A DNA stretch of 64,000 nucleotides from Octopus sinensis (lineage: Eukaryota), in contig NC_043001.1 in the NCBI RefSeq assembly GCF_006345805.1, forward strand, positions 26,784,001-26,848,000, written 5' to 3'. A program made the position numbers and the translations under genes. Positions 50,891 through 62,799 of the stretch are shown piece by piece (within the stretch, counting starts at the first letter, position 1; every line of letters begins with the position of its first letter). Under the pieces are notes generated by a model. It saw only the letters and a list, made by a program, of their open reading frames with translations, ran no database searches and was not told the DNA's origin.

Positions 50891-51410
50891 TTGACCAGTA
50901 ATACCTGTTTATTATGAACTCTGAATGTGTGAGGGGAGTAAAAGACTTTTTTCAAGATGTATGTGAATTTGACCTGTGGAAATCTGCATACTTATGAACT
51001 TTGGATGTACTTGTGTGAGGGAAGTAAAAGACGTTTTCAAATATTTGAAAAAAAAATTTTTTTTTAATAATTTAAAAAAAATAATTTAATCATCTGATAA
51101 AATCTTTTTAGTCAGTGGTCACTTATTTTATTTTATTTTATTTTATTTTTATCTTTATTTTATATTTGTCCATTAGGCTTTCTGGTAGTTTTGAATTTTT
51201 AGTCATTATATTTAAATTTTGATAAGCTATTTTATTTGTATTTTATTAGAATATATATTTTTACCTTCTGTGATTTTAGGTATATATATATATATTATTA
51301 TTTTTTTATGTATTTGTAGACCATGGTATTGTTTTATATATGATTAAAGGCTTCAGGGGTGGTGTTGTATGTAAAGTTGTTAACCAACGCTTCTTTACAC
51401 ATACACACAT

Positions 51411-51736
51411 TATCTGAAATGTATAGTATTAAATATCTATCATGGCTGATCTTACCAAATGGTTTTGTATAAAGAATATAATGGAGTGATAGGTAACAAA
51501 CCAATTATATAATTTACGCTCATCAGAGTTAGCCAATATGGAGGGGTTCGGCTAACTCCGATGTGCGTTAATTATATAATTGGTTTTTTACCTAACACTC
51601 CATTGTATTCTTTACACGAAACTGATTGATAAGACCATCTGTGATAGATATTTGATACTATACATTTCGGATAACATACACTCTCTACTGACAGATATAG
51701 AAATGAATCTTTTCCCTGACATATGGTCCCTTAGAT
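51411..51736. mobile_element. Hairpin element with two inverted HHR motifs plus a ~63-bp tail (copy 1)
   Basis: ~124-bp arms 51411-51534 / 51550-51673; colinear with 58591-58929. Confidence 0.8.
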
Positions 51737-51759
51737 GACAAACACACTCACACACACAC

Positions 51760-51894
<135 letters not shown>

Positions 51895-51904
51895 GTATCA
51901 AGTA

Positions 51905-52118
51905 CCGAAAATGAACTTTCTTATCTTCCATTTTAAATGGTTACAGAATTAACACAGGTTATAGGAACATAAACCTTCTTCCACGAAAATATAGCTTAAA
52001 CTGTGCTCTAAATGGAGGTGTAGTCAAATCCTATTTTATGAACTCAACCATGTTCTAAAATAAGTCGAAAAGTAAGCTACTATAAATCAGCATGAACTTT
52101 CCGGACAACCCAATACAT
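51905..52118. mobile_element. Mariner-type terminal fragment
   Basis: Ends with the TIR-like sequence aaatcagcatgaactttccggacaacccaata. Confidence 0.55.
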
Positions 52119-52129
52119 GACTTTGCAGC

Positions 52130-52965
52130 CTTCAATTTGATTTCTCATACAAGAAGTAGTCAATAGGTTTGCTGTGGTAGCTTGAACATTTGCACTGATT
52201 ATCAGCAGCAAGACTGAAGTTTTATTCCACCCAAAGCCTAGAGCAGAGAATACTCAAGATTCAACTGTGATGATTGATAACAAGCCACTCGAATGGGTCA
52301 GATCAGTTAAATATCTTGGGTGTACAGTGAACTTTAACCCTTTCTTTACTGTTTTTATTTTGAGATGCTTTGTGTTTCTTTCAATTATTTGAATATAACA
52401 ACACCCACTACACTCATGGAGTGGTTGGCGTTAGGAAGGGCATCCAGCTGTAGAAACACTGCCAAATCAGATTGGAGCCTGGTGCAGCCTCCATGGCTTA
52501 CCAGACCCCGGTCGAACCGTCCAACCCATGCTAGCATGGAAAACGGACATTAAATGATGATGATAACAAAGAATTTAGTAAAATGACTTAGTTATCGTTA
52601 AGCTAGTGTTAGGAACATAAATTGTGACTGGGGTTTGGTGGAAGATTTTAATTTAAAACTTATGAAAATAAAACATTTGTACTACAGAGCCAGAGCCAGT
52701 TTCAGCTGGGTTGGTAACGAAAGGGTTAGGAATACTCTTGATGAAAAAAATCAATATTAGAATATCTAAAGCTACAAATTCTTTTAGAAAACTTTCCCAT
52801 TGTTTGTGGGATGAGCATGGTGTCAATCTGAAAACAACAAGTATATGCAAAACTTGTATTTTGAGCCTACATTTGTATGGGGCAGAAGCATAAACTCCCT
52901 ACTGCAGACATATAAAGAAACGTGAAACCTTACACCTGCTGTCTGTGCAATATTTGTAACATGAT
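52130..52965 (+). pseudogene. RTE LINE fragment interrupted by a MITE
   Basis: IDNKPLEWVRSVKYLG | insert | INIRISKATNSFRKL...LYGAEA. Confidence 0.75.
52338..52725. mobile_element. piggyBac-type MITE (same family as 14312-14531) containing a family C SINE (52399-52563)
   Basis: TTAA|CCCTTT...GTAACGAAAGGG|TTAG. Confidence 0.8.
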
Positions 52966-53366
52966 ATCAAATGGTATATCCAATTTCAGAAGCATGCTGT
53001 TGAGAATTCAGCACAGATGGGTGGGGCATATTGTTTGAATGAAGTATGTGTGTGTGTGAAGGGGTGGGGGTGGGGGGGCGTGTGTGTATGTGTGTGTGTC
53101 TGTGTTTATATCTGATGTATGAGTGTGTGGATGTGGGTGTCTGATGGCTATGCATGTGTTGTGTGGGCACTCACATGAGCAAACATACAGATGTATATGT
53201 CAGCTGGGTACATCAGTTACATGTATGTTATTGATTGTATGGGCATCTGTGTGTGTGTGTATTTATACATGTATGATCAGCAAATGTGAGTATGTATATT
53301 CATGCTTTTATATGTGAACATATGTATTTGCATGTGTTTCTATCTGCTGTGTGCATGTGCGGGTGA

Positions 53367-53397
<31 letters not shown>

Positions 53398-53415
53398 TGT
53401 ATATATGTATATATA

Positions 53416-53550
53416 TAATGGGAAGGTTTACGAAAATAAACAAAAGACGAAGGCAGGTGGAGTACAAACAAACAAATGTATTAGTATGGCGCTCAGGAAT
53501 ACAAATAGAACAAGTCTTTTACGTTTCGAGCCTACGCTCTTCGATAGAAA
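53416..53550 (-). mobile_element. Penelope-type tail with a degenerate HHR
   Basis: Reverse complement of 57739-57875; GAGC(GUAG)GCUC-GAAAC-GUA. Confidence 0.75.
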
Positions 53551-53631
53551 TATATAATAATAACATTAGGGAGTAAATCCAAACTTACAGGGAAAAATTA
53601 GATTTAGGATTAAATCTAATTGTACAGTATA

Positions 53632-53964
53632 AATATAAATTAAATTAGAGATAAAACCACTATTAAGCAAATCAAATAGGGAAAAACGTAAACCAAAACA
53701 TACAAATAAAATTAATTAATATAATATACAAAATATATAAAATATAAAATTCGAAATTTAAATTATTTAAATTTAAAGTTAAAATTAGAAATTTTAATTT
53801 ATATATATATATATATTATTTTTATTTTTATTATTTATTTATTATAAATATATAACTATCAAAAAGTATTAAAAAGTTTAAAATAAGATATTAAACTTTT
53901 TAATACTTTTTGATAGTTATATATATATTTAAAAAAAATATTATTAAAAAATAAATAAATAAAA

Positions 53965-53998
<34 letters not shown>

Positions 53999-54190
53999 TA
54001 TAAATTTATAAAAAAATAAAATTAATAATTTTAAATTTTTTAACTTTAAATTTAAATAATTTAAATTTCGAATTTTATATTTTATATATTTTGCATATTA
54101 TATTAATTATTAATTTATTCTATGTTTTGGTTTATGTTTTTCACTGTTTGATTTGCCTAATAGTGGTTTTATCTCTAATTAAATTTATAT
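53632..54190. repeat. ~560-bp AT-rich palindrome (foldback element)
   Basis: Outer arms aattagagataaaaccactatt.. / ..aatagtggttttatctctaatt; central hairpin ~53848-53925. Confidence 0.9.
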
Positions 54191-54214
54191 ATATATATAT
54201 ATTAATATATATAT

Positions 54215-54450
54215 ATCATGACTCGGCTTCGCGAACGAAGATCAAGAAGGCTGTTCACGTCGCGTGCATGCACGCTCATGACTGACAAGTTCGATATGAG
54301 AAAGGCAGGTCCGTGAGCAGTGTCCACAGACGAAGGTAATATCTGGTGTGATTGCAGAGGCAGCTTGCACCTTCCTTCTACATCTTTTGTCTTTAAGTGT
54401 GTCTCTTCTTTGTTCCGCAAACTCGCTGACTGTATTGAAGATCGTGTGGC
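54215..54450 (-). pseudogene. RTE LINE 3' end with a C2H2-like finger
   Basis: TFVCGHCSRTCLSHIELVSHERAC. Confidence 0.75.
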
Positions 54451-54464
54451 GCCAGACACAAACA

Positions 54465-54500
<36 letters not shown>

Positions 54501-54503
<3 letters not shown>

Positions 54504-54716
54504 GGGGATGCTGAAAAGTTTTTTGCTTTGGTTAAAAGAAATACAGGAGGATCAGTTAATTATGATTTTATTCAACATATTTCTCTCTCAGATCCACGCA
54601 CATATTGCAGTGAACCTTCAGATTTTCTAAGCCCTGAAAAAAAATTGGAAGGTTGGGCTACCAACCAGGCCTTTCACAATACACTTAAAGCCAGGAACTT
54701 TTCAGCACCTCCTCAC
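54501..54716. mobile_element. Mariner-type MITE
   Basis: TIRs caaggggatgctgaaaagtt..gcttt / aaagccaggaacttttcagcacctcctc. Confidence 0.8.
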
Positions 54717-54737
54717 ATATATGTATTTATGCGCGTG

Positions 54738-55180
54738 TATACATACATACATACATACATACATACATACATACATACACACACACATACACACATACAC
54801 ACATACATACATACATACATACATACACACACACATACATACATACATACATACACACATACATACATACATGCACACACACATACATACACACACATAC
54901 ATACATACATACATACATACATACATACATACATACATACATACACACATACATGCACACACACATACATACATACATGCATACATACATACACACATAC
55001 ATACAGTCATACATACATACATACACACACATACATACATACATACACACATACATACGTACACACATACATACATACATACACACATACATACATATAT
55101 ACATATATACACACATACATACACACATACATACATACATACATACATATATACAATCATACATACAAACATACATACAT
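54738..55180. repeat. (ATAC)n/(AC)n microsatellite
   Basis: Directly visible. Confidence 0.97.
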
Positions 55181-55379
55181 GCAGTAATCCTTTGACTATC
55201 GCAGTTGTTACATTCCAAAATAGGTGAAAATCAACAAAGTAGAAACAGTACTGTACTGTATTTTTTAAAATTATTTTTATTTGTATGTATTTATTTTATT
55301 ATAAATGCAAAATTACACCACAGAATAATTGACATAAGCTTAAATAATAAACCGCAACAGGTGAACTGTAATAGGTTAA

Positions 55380-55755
55380 CCGTTAGTTACGACGATGTGT
55401 GTTACAGTTGATCCAATCAATGGAACAGCCTGCTCATGAAATAACGTGCAAGTGGCTGCGCACTCCATAGACACGTGTACCCTTAACGTAGTTGGGGGGA
55501 GATTCAGCATGACACAGAGTGTGACAAGGCTGGCCCTTTGAAATACAGGTACAACAACAGAAACAGGAGGAAGAGAAAGAGTGAGAGAAAGTGTGATGAA
55601 AGAGTACAGCAGGGTTCACCCATCCCTGCCGGAGCCTCATGGAGTTATAGGTGTTTTCGCTCAATAAACACTCACAACGCCTGGTCTGAGTATTGAAACC
55701 GCGATCCTACAACTGCGAGTCTGCTGCCCTAACCACTGGGTCATTGTGCCTCCAT
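55380..55755 (-). mobile_element. SINE family E (diverged)
   Basis: Colinear with 45990-46365. Confidence 0.85.
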
Positions 55756-55789
55756 GGTGAGGGATTACTGTACATACATACATACATTA

Positions 55790-56125
55790 TTATTATGGCT
55801 GCTCCCTCGTTATCGAGTATGGCCATTGCACGAAGCTTAACTGTTACTGGTGCTGTGATCGAATGTGACTTTTTAGCCCAGCTAAAGATCTACAATGTCT
55901 TGTACAAAATTGGCAACTGGAACCTTTACTGGTAATAGCCAACTGTAGTTGCAACTGGGCTTCATGTACCTTTGCATGTCGTTTAAGTCCTCCTGCCGAA
56001 TTACACTCTCTTCCACATGCCCGACAGATATGATTAGTATGGTGTGTTACACCACCATCAGTGGCCAGGTTGTCACTCATATGTCTCGTTTTATGACTAC
56101 AAAGATGACTCATGAGTCCATACAT
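55790..56125 (-). pseudogene. RTE LINE 3' end with two C2H2-like fingers and an (AAT)n tail
   Basis: HICRACGRECNSAGGLKRHAKVH...CQFCTRHCRSLAGLKSHIRSQH*. Confidence 0.8.
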
Positions 56126-56739
56126 TCATACATACATATTTATACAAACTTTTGGTTCACAAACACTAAGTGCATTAACCAGTTAAACTGGTTAAAGAAC
56201 ACCAGATAACTGAAAGTTACACATAATGCAATATTTTATATCAAGAAGTAGGAAAAATAATTTTGAGATTTCTAGTGTTTTTAAAATGGTTCTTGAAAGG
56301 TACATGATGTTTGTTGAAAGCAGTATCTTGATAAAAATTTAGATTTAGATGTATTATTACTCACTTAACAAGTTTGTAGAATGTTTCCTTTTACGTTTTA
56401 TTTGTTTTAGTTATTGGACTGTGATCATGCTGATTTTGTTTTTTTGTTTAAACCACCATGTTACAAGGACATAAGCAAACCAGCACCAGTTATCAAACAA
56501 TCAAGAGAGACAAACACACCACAAACACAAAGATGCACACACACACACACATTCACCACAACACACACACACACACACACATGTACTGTTTGTGTATGTA
56601 TCTATATTTGTACCTATATATGTGTGTGTGTATGTATGTTTTTGCATATATTTATATATGTGAGTATATATGTATACATGTATATATAACACACACAGAG
56701 ACATACATACATATATAAAATGTATAGTGTGTGTGTATG

Positions 56740-56786
<47 letters not shown>

Positions 56787-56861
56787 ATAATGTATAATAT
56801 ATGTATATGTATACATATATATATATACACACACACACATATATATGCACACACACATATA

Positions 56862-57875
56862 TCGGAACACCTTCGTGACATCCGCCTTGCGAACGACACA
56901 CCGGTCTCACGCCATTTCCGCTCCACCGGTCACTCCTTGCAACACCTGTCTGTGTTCGGTTTGTCCTTACACAGAGGCCATCCGGATTCCCGTTTGCGCC
57001 GTGAACAGGAATTAATCTTCTCTCTTCGCTCTTATACGCCATTTGGTCTCAACTATCCCCCCCTCCTCATCTAACCCACTCTCCCCCCTCCTCATCTAAC
57101 CCCCTCTCCCCCTCCTCATCTAACCTCCCCCCGACCCCTACTTCTCTTCAGTCCTTCATCCTTTCATCCCTACTCCTCTTCCCTTCTTCCCTCTTTCTCC
57201 TTCTCTCTTTCTCCTTCCCTCTTTCTCCCTCCCTCCTTCTTCCCTCTTCCCCTTCCCTCTGCTCCCTCCCTCCCCTTCTCTCTCTCCCCCTCTCCCTCTT
57301 TCCTCCCTCTCCTCTCTCCCCTCCCCTCCCCTCCTCCTCCTTCCTTCTCCCCTTTCCTTCTCCCCTCTTCCCCCTTTCTTTCTCCCCTCCCCTCCTCTCT
57401 CCCCCTCTTCTCCTCTCTCTACACTACACCATACGACTTTACACATCACATCATATATACATACACACGTCCAGACCTCTCATACGCACTAATACTCTCT
57501 CATACACACACACACACACACTCTCTCATACACACACACACACACTCTTCTCATACACACACACACACTCTTATGTTGGAGTTAGGTCATTCAACCCTAT
57601 TATCTCCCATAATTTCGCTCTTGCGTCTCATGTTTGATCTTTGACTTCTGGCCGAAATCAGATCGCCATGTTGATTCGCTAGCTTCTGCACGCAAAAATT
57701 TTTTTTCTCTCCTTCTTTCTGTGTTTTTTCTCTGTGTATCTTTCTGTTGAAGAGCGTAGGCTCGAAACGTTAAAGACTTGTTTTATTTATATTTCCTGAG
57801 CGCCATACTAATACAATTATTTGTTTGTATTCCACCTGCCTTCGTCTTTTGTCTATTTTCATAAAGCTTCCCGTT
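56862..57875 (+). mobile_element. Penelope-like element 3' end (GIY-YIG C-terminus, C-rich repeats, HHR tail)
   Basis: SEHLRDIRLANDTPVSRHFRSTGHSLQHLSVFGL...RLRREQELIFSLRSYTPFGLN; 25-bp C-rich tandem repeat at 57057-57130. Confidence 0.85.
57739..57776 (+). ncRNA. Minimal PLE-type hammerhead motif (variant core CUGUUGA)
   Basis: UCUUU-CUGUUGA-A-GAGC(GUAG)GCUC-GAAAC-GUU/AAAGA. Confidence 0.65.
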
Positions 57876-57894
57876 ATATATATATATATACATA

Positions 57895-58179
57895 TGAGGC
57901 AATTAAGAAAATGCATGGGATATACAATCGACAAACATCAACCAGTAAACATTGAATTATATCTATTTATTAATTGCATAGAAACATATGTGTAAGTGAT
58001 ACAAGTAAACAAATGAAATAAACTAATAAGTACGTAAACAGATATATGTATAGAAATAAATGGATAATAATAGCTGAGTGTAGAGATCAGTCTCTGTACA
58101 CTCGTCTATATTATTCATTATATATATATATATATATATATATACATGCATACATACATACATACATACATACATATAA

Positions 58180-58229
<50 letters not shown>

Positions 58230-58395
58230 TATATATATATAATATGTCTGTTTACTTACTTATTGGCTTCTTTCATTCATTTACTTGTATCTCTTACACA
58301 TATGTTTGTAATCAATTAATAAATAGATATAACTGAATGGTTACTGGCTGATGTTTGTCAATTGTATATCCTCTCCACTTTCTTCATGGCCTTAC
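57895..58395. repeat. Diverged inverted repeat (~150-bp arms) around a (TA)n loop
   Basis: 57895-58045 vs 58244-58395. Confidence 0.8.
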
Positions 58396-58590
58396 AAATC
58401 CTGGGTAAATGTCTAATTTACCCCCACCTATACCTAGTATTCAATTGCAATATTGCCATGCAATAGTAAACACCTGGTTATGAATATGTAGGTAAACAAT
58501 CACTAATATATTGGATATTTAATATCCCTTAGATGGTTCCTTAACCTCTAACTCATACAGACATACACACACACTCACACACACACACAT

Positions 58591-58929
58591 TATCCAAAAT
58601 GTATAGTATTAAATACCTATCACAGCTGATCTTATCAACTGGTTTCATATAAAGAATATAATGGTGTGTTAGGTAACGAACTGATTATATAATTTACGCT
58701 CATCAGAGTTAGCAAATATAGTGAAGGGATCGCTTCCATATCTGCTAGCTCTGATGAGTGTAAATTATATAATCAGTTTGTTACCTAACAGTCCATTCTA
58801 TTCTTTATGCGAAACCGATTGGTAAGATCAGCCGTGATGGATATTTGATACTATACATTTTGGATAACATATCCTCTCTACTGTCAGATATACAAGTGCA
58901 TCTTTTCCTTGACATATGGTCCCTTAGAT
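58591..58929. mobile_element. Hairpin element with two inverted HHR motifs plus tail (copy 2)
   Basis: Arms 58591-58713 / 58744-58866; shared tail ending ggtcccttagat. Confidence 0.8.
58744..58833 (+). ncRNA. Type I hammerhead ribozyme motif
   Basis: GCUAGCU-CUGAUGA-GUGUAAA..UUUAUGC-GAAA-CC(GAUU)GG-UA/AGAUCAGC. Confidence 0.75.
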
Positions 58930-58937
58930 AACTAACA

Positions 58938-58980
<43 letters not shown>

Positions 58981-59296
58981 CAAATAACAAAGGGAAATTG
59001 TCAAAACATAACAAGCAGAAAAAGTATGGTAGCACAACAATGGCAAACAGGACAAAACAAGATACACAGATCATTCGCAGCCAATTGCTTCTTCAGTCAG
59101 AGTCTGGAATGTCTATGTAGTTTCTTCCAATCCTTTCCGATATTACTCGAAACCAGTTGGTCCAAGGGCTTAAGCTGAAGGCATTGAGCCCCTGAGAAAG
59201 GCAAATGAATGTACATATACAAACACAAGGAAATAAACAGAAATGGTCTTTCGACTATCGGTCGAACATAACATAAGAAATAGAATTATACATATA

Positions 59297-59530
59297 TATT
59301 TCTTTACTACCCACAAGGGGCTAAACACAGAGGAGACAAACAAGGACAGACAAAGGGATTAAGTCGATTACATCGACCCCAGTGCATAACTGGTACTTAA
59401 TTTATCGACCCCGGAAGGATGAAAGGCAAAGTCGACCTCGGCAGAATTTGAACTCGGAACGTAACGGCAGACGAAATACGGCAACGCATTTCGCCCGGCG
59501 TGCTAACGTTTCTGCTAGCTCGCCGCCTTC
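59297..59530 (-). mobile_element. SINE family A with 19-bp TSD
   Basis: aaatagaattatacatata at 59278-59296 and 59531-59549. Confidence 0.93.
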
Positions 59531-59779
59531 AAATAGAATTATACATATACAATGGACAAAAGCCTTTTGGTTATACAACAAAAATAAAACAAAACAAACA
59601 GTCTTTTGACTAGCAGATAGTGTAGTAAGCTAGAACAAGGAAAAAGGAAAACGGAAAAAATCTTAACTGACCAGGTGGTGAGACAGAACTGATGCGACTG
59701 ACCTCAAAGACAGTCAGTTGAAAAAGAACGACAATGCATACACCAGACAGTAATCATGTGATAAAGGAGGGGAGGAATA

Positions 59780-60330
59780 TCTATTATATAAAATCCATTC
59801 TGTCTGTCTGTCTGTGTGTCTTCTAGGATTTCAGGCATCCTCCATTCGACTGCACTCAAATTTGATATGTAGATACCAATGGTATCAGGGCGTGTATAAG
59901 TTTTGAAAATATTACAAAAATCGATTCCAGGTGAGAATGCAATCGATAAAGCCGTTTTGGTCCTGCTTTTCTTCCATCAACCTGTACATAAATGCACCTT
60001 CCATTTTTTGTAGTTTTTGTACTGCTTAAAGGCACGTTTCTTTCCTGCCAAGCTTACTTGTTTAAACCATGTTTGTGTTCTCCTATTCAACAGCCTTATT
60101 ATTACTGGTACTTTAAACTCTTCAGTTGCATATTTGCGTGAATAAAATCGTTTTTCTTTGGAATAGAAAAAAGTCTATCTTTATTTCTTCTTTTGCTGGT
60201 GTCTCAAATTTAGGTTAAATCGGTGTTTCTCAAAGGGGAGGCCTATGGGATGGTCAGAGAAGTTGTTTTGAGAAAATTTGGTTTAACTGTTTGACAACTC
60301 AGCACCGTCCATTGGACGGGGGACGTTTTG
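59780..60330 (+). mobile_element. Helitron-like non-autonomous element
   Basis: A|TCTATTATATAAAATCC start; reverse complement of 43540-44094. Confidence 0.7.
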
Positions 60331-60342
60331 CTCATATATATT

Positions 60343-60390
<48 letters not shown>

Positions 60391-60400
60391 AACATATATG

Positions 60401-60444
<44 letters not shown>

Positions 60445-60639
60445 TACATACACACACGTAAATGTATCATCATCATCATCGTTTAACATCCATCTTCCAT
60501 GCATGCTTAGGTGGGACAGCTGACAGGGGCTGGCCAGGTAGAAGACTAACTCAAGCTACTGTGTCTGTGTTGGTTTGGTTTTTATGGGTGGAAGCCCTTC
60601 CTAACACCAGAACACCCAGCAGTCGTGCCTCATGGTGGT

Positions 60640-60930
60640 TGGTAGTGAGGACAGGCCCTCAAGCAGGACAATGGCAATGCAGGTTGTTGTGGCCAGTTGG
60701 TATCATACTGTGTCATTTCTGATGGGTCACTGTCCGGTACCAATGGTCTCATGAGATGTCACTCTGGCCAGTATGAAGCAATCACAGAGGTATTACAGGT
60801 GGATGAAGTGGTCCTGCTTGGGTTTGGTCACCCAGGGGCGCCCTCTGTGAGCACGGTTTGCAGTACTGTTGGTGTTGTATCACTGTTGCAGGCGATAGGT
60901 TACTTGCAATTGAAAGGTTACCTACAATTT
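60640..60930 (-). pseudogene. Tc1 transposase N-terminal (paired/HTH) fragment
   Basis: YNTNSTANRAHRGRPWVTKPKQDHFIHL*YLCDCF...PIRNDTV; contains stops. Confidence 0.65.
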
Positions 60931-61334
60931 GGGTCTCAGCCATAAACCACCATGTTTTGAAATATTTACACTTACATCTATGAAATAAATTTTCAGAATT
61001 CACCATATAAAAATGACATTTGAAAAATTGCATTTCTTTTGTGATTCAGTGTATTTAATTACAAAAGTATAATAGGATTTTTTTAAATGACTGAACGGTT
61101 ACAAGGATCCAGTAGAGTATAATAAGAATCAAAGGCAAAAAATGATTGAGTATCACTGGGTTAAAGGGTTAAGTGTCAGTTTTCCATCAACAGGGCTCAT
61201 TGCTATAAGTATCAAGAGCACTGTAAATTGATGATGCTTTTTTTAAAATTATTTTTCAGGGTTTAAATGTTACGTGTCAGTGTAGTTCATAGAGAGATGA
61301 AATTAATTATGAGATTTTTTTCTTGCATAGATTA

Positions 61335-62264
61335 CAAGGTGGTATCAAAAAGTTCCCGGACTAATTCTGTACAGTGCCAATAGATAGCAACACATGGTTG
61401 CATGTGTAGTGAGAGCCAGCAGTGACCTTCATGAGGCAGTGTTCCAAGTGACATCACTGTATTTACTTCAGAAGTTGTGAAATTTGTGTTTTGACTACAT
61501 GTATGCTGTAGTCTGTGACTTTTGTTATGGACATGAAGTTGGAATAAAGTGCCAATGTGAAATTTTGCATTAAACTTTGGAATTCATCACCAGTGATGAG
61601 AGTTGGGTCTACAGGTAAATGAGATGAAGCAGCAGAGATGAAACCTTCACCTCCATGACTGAAGACGATGTAGCGTACCTTGGACATTTCTGTCACCATC
61701 TCCTTTACGTACAGTCATCTCTACAAATGTATGACAGAGCCACAGCTCAATCAAGAGCATGCGCATCATTGTTTTCAACATCTCTGCTACTGTGCATTAA
61801 GAATTCATCTTCCAGGGCCAGACTGTCAATTGAGAGTTCTGCTGCGAAGGTTTGAAGTGTTTGAGGAAGGACATTTGGTGAAAGCAACCAGATCTGTGGA
61901 GTGCGAAGAATTGGATTCTTCACAACGACAAGGCATCCTGTCACTGAACTCTTCTCATTTGTGAGTTGCCAGAGGCAGCATTGTATCACTTTGAAATCTA
62001 CCATTTTCCCCAGATTTAGCATCTCTACCCCAAGATGAAAATGGGCTCAAAGATTGCTGTGTTAACACTGTTGTCAAGATCAAGAGCAAATCACAGAAGA
62101 CCCTCAACTTTATTACAGAAAACAACTTCCAGACCAGATTCTAAAAGTGGCAGGAATGCTGGGACCAGTGTATTTCTGGGCAAGGTGACTATTTCAAAGG
62201 AGATGATGTTAAAACTTTGGTAAATAAGTCATTTTTTATTAGGGAACTTTTTGATACCACTTTA
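61335..62264 (+). mobile_element. Internally deleted mariner element with both TIRs
   Basis: gtggtatcaaaaagttccc / gggaactttttgataccac; ITSDESWVY, WILHNDKA, FSPDLA, KWQECWDQCISGQGDYF. Confidence 0.88.
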
Positions 62265-62799
62265 TGAGGACAGTGTCTTCTATGATGTCCCCACAGCCCA
62301 ATGCATTTTGAACCTCATTATTCAAAAGAAGCAAACAAAACTTGCTTCATTAGAGGAAAATTTAAAGCTTGTTTCGTTATTTCTGATGAAGGGTTTTCCA
62401 AACAATCAGAATATTTTCTTTTATATGTACACTCAGTGATAAAATATTAGAGTTTGGTAAACAATGCCAAACTTATTAATCTAGATTCAGCCCAACATAT
62501 TATTGGATTGTAGTAGTATTAGTTTTTCTCTCACTTTAAACAGCAAAGTGTTACAGTTTTTAATAAATACTGTTATTGATTAACTTTTATCGTTTTAGTA
62601 TCATGTTTGTATTTTTTAAGTGTTTATCTTATTTATTGATTGTTTACATTTAAAATCATTCAGAATAACAGATTATATAACTGAGCTTATCAAAAGGATA
62701 AATCAATATGAATGTATTATTGTCCTAGGGATTGTTTCCTTGGTCATCACAGACTCTCTAATACAGGTGGGAATCAAGAAGTTAATATCTCTCTTGAAT

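Noticed and set aside
55844-56125. Host C2H2 zinc-finger gene
   Set aside because: The fingers are followed by an RTE-type 3' UTR and (AAT)n tail; interpreted as a LINE end
59060-59165. HHR-like halves (CUGAAGA-A-GCA..UGC-GAAU on -, ACUC-GAAA-CCAGUUGG-UC on +)
   Set aside because: Each lacks the other core half or stem I; cannot be supported
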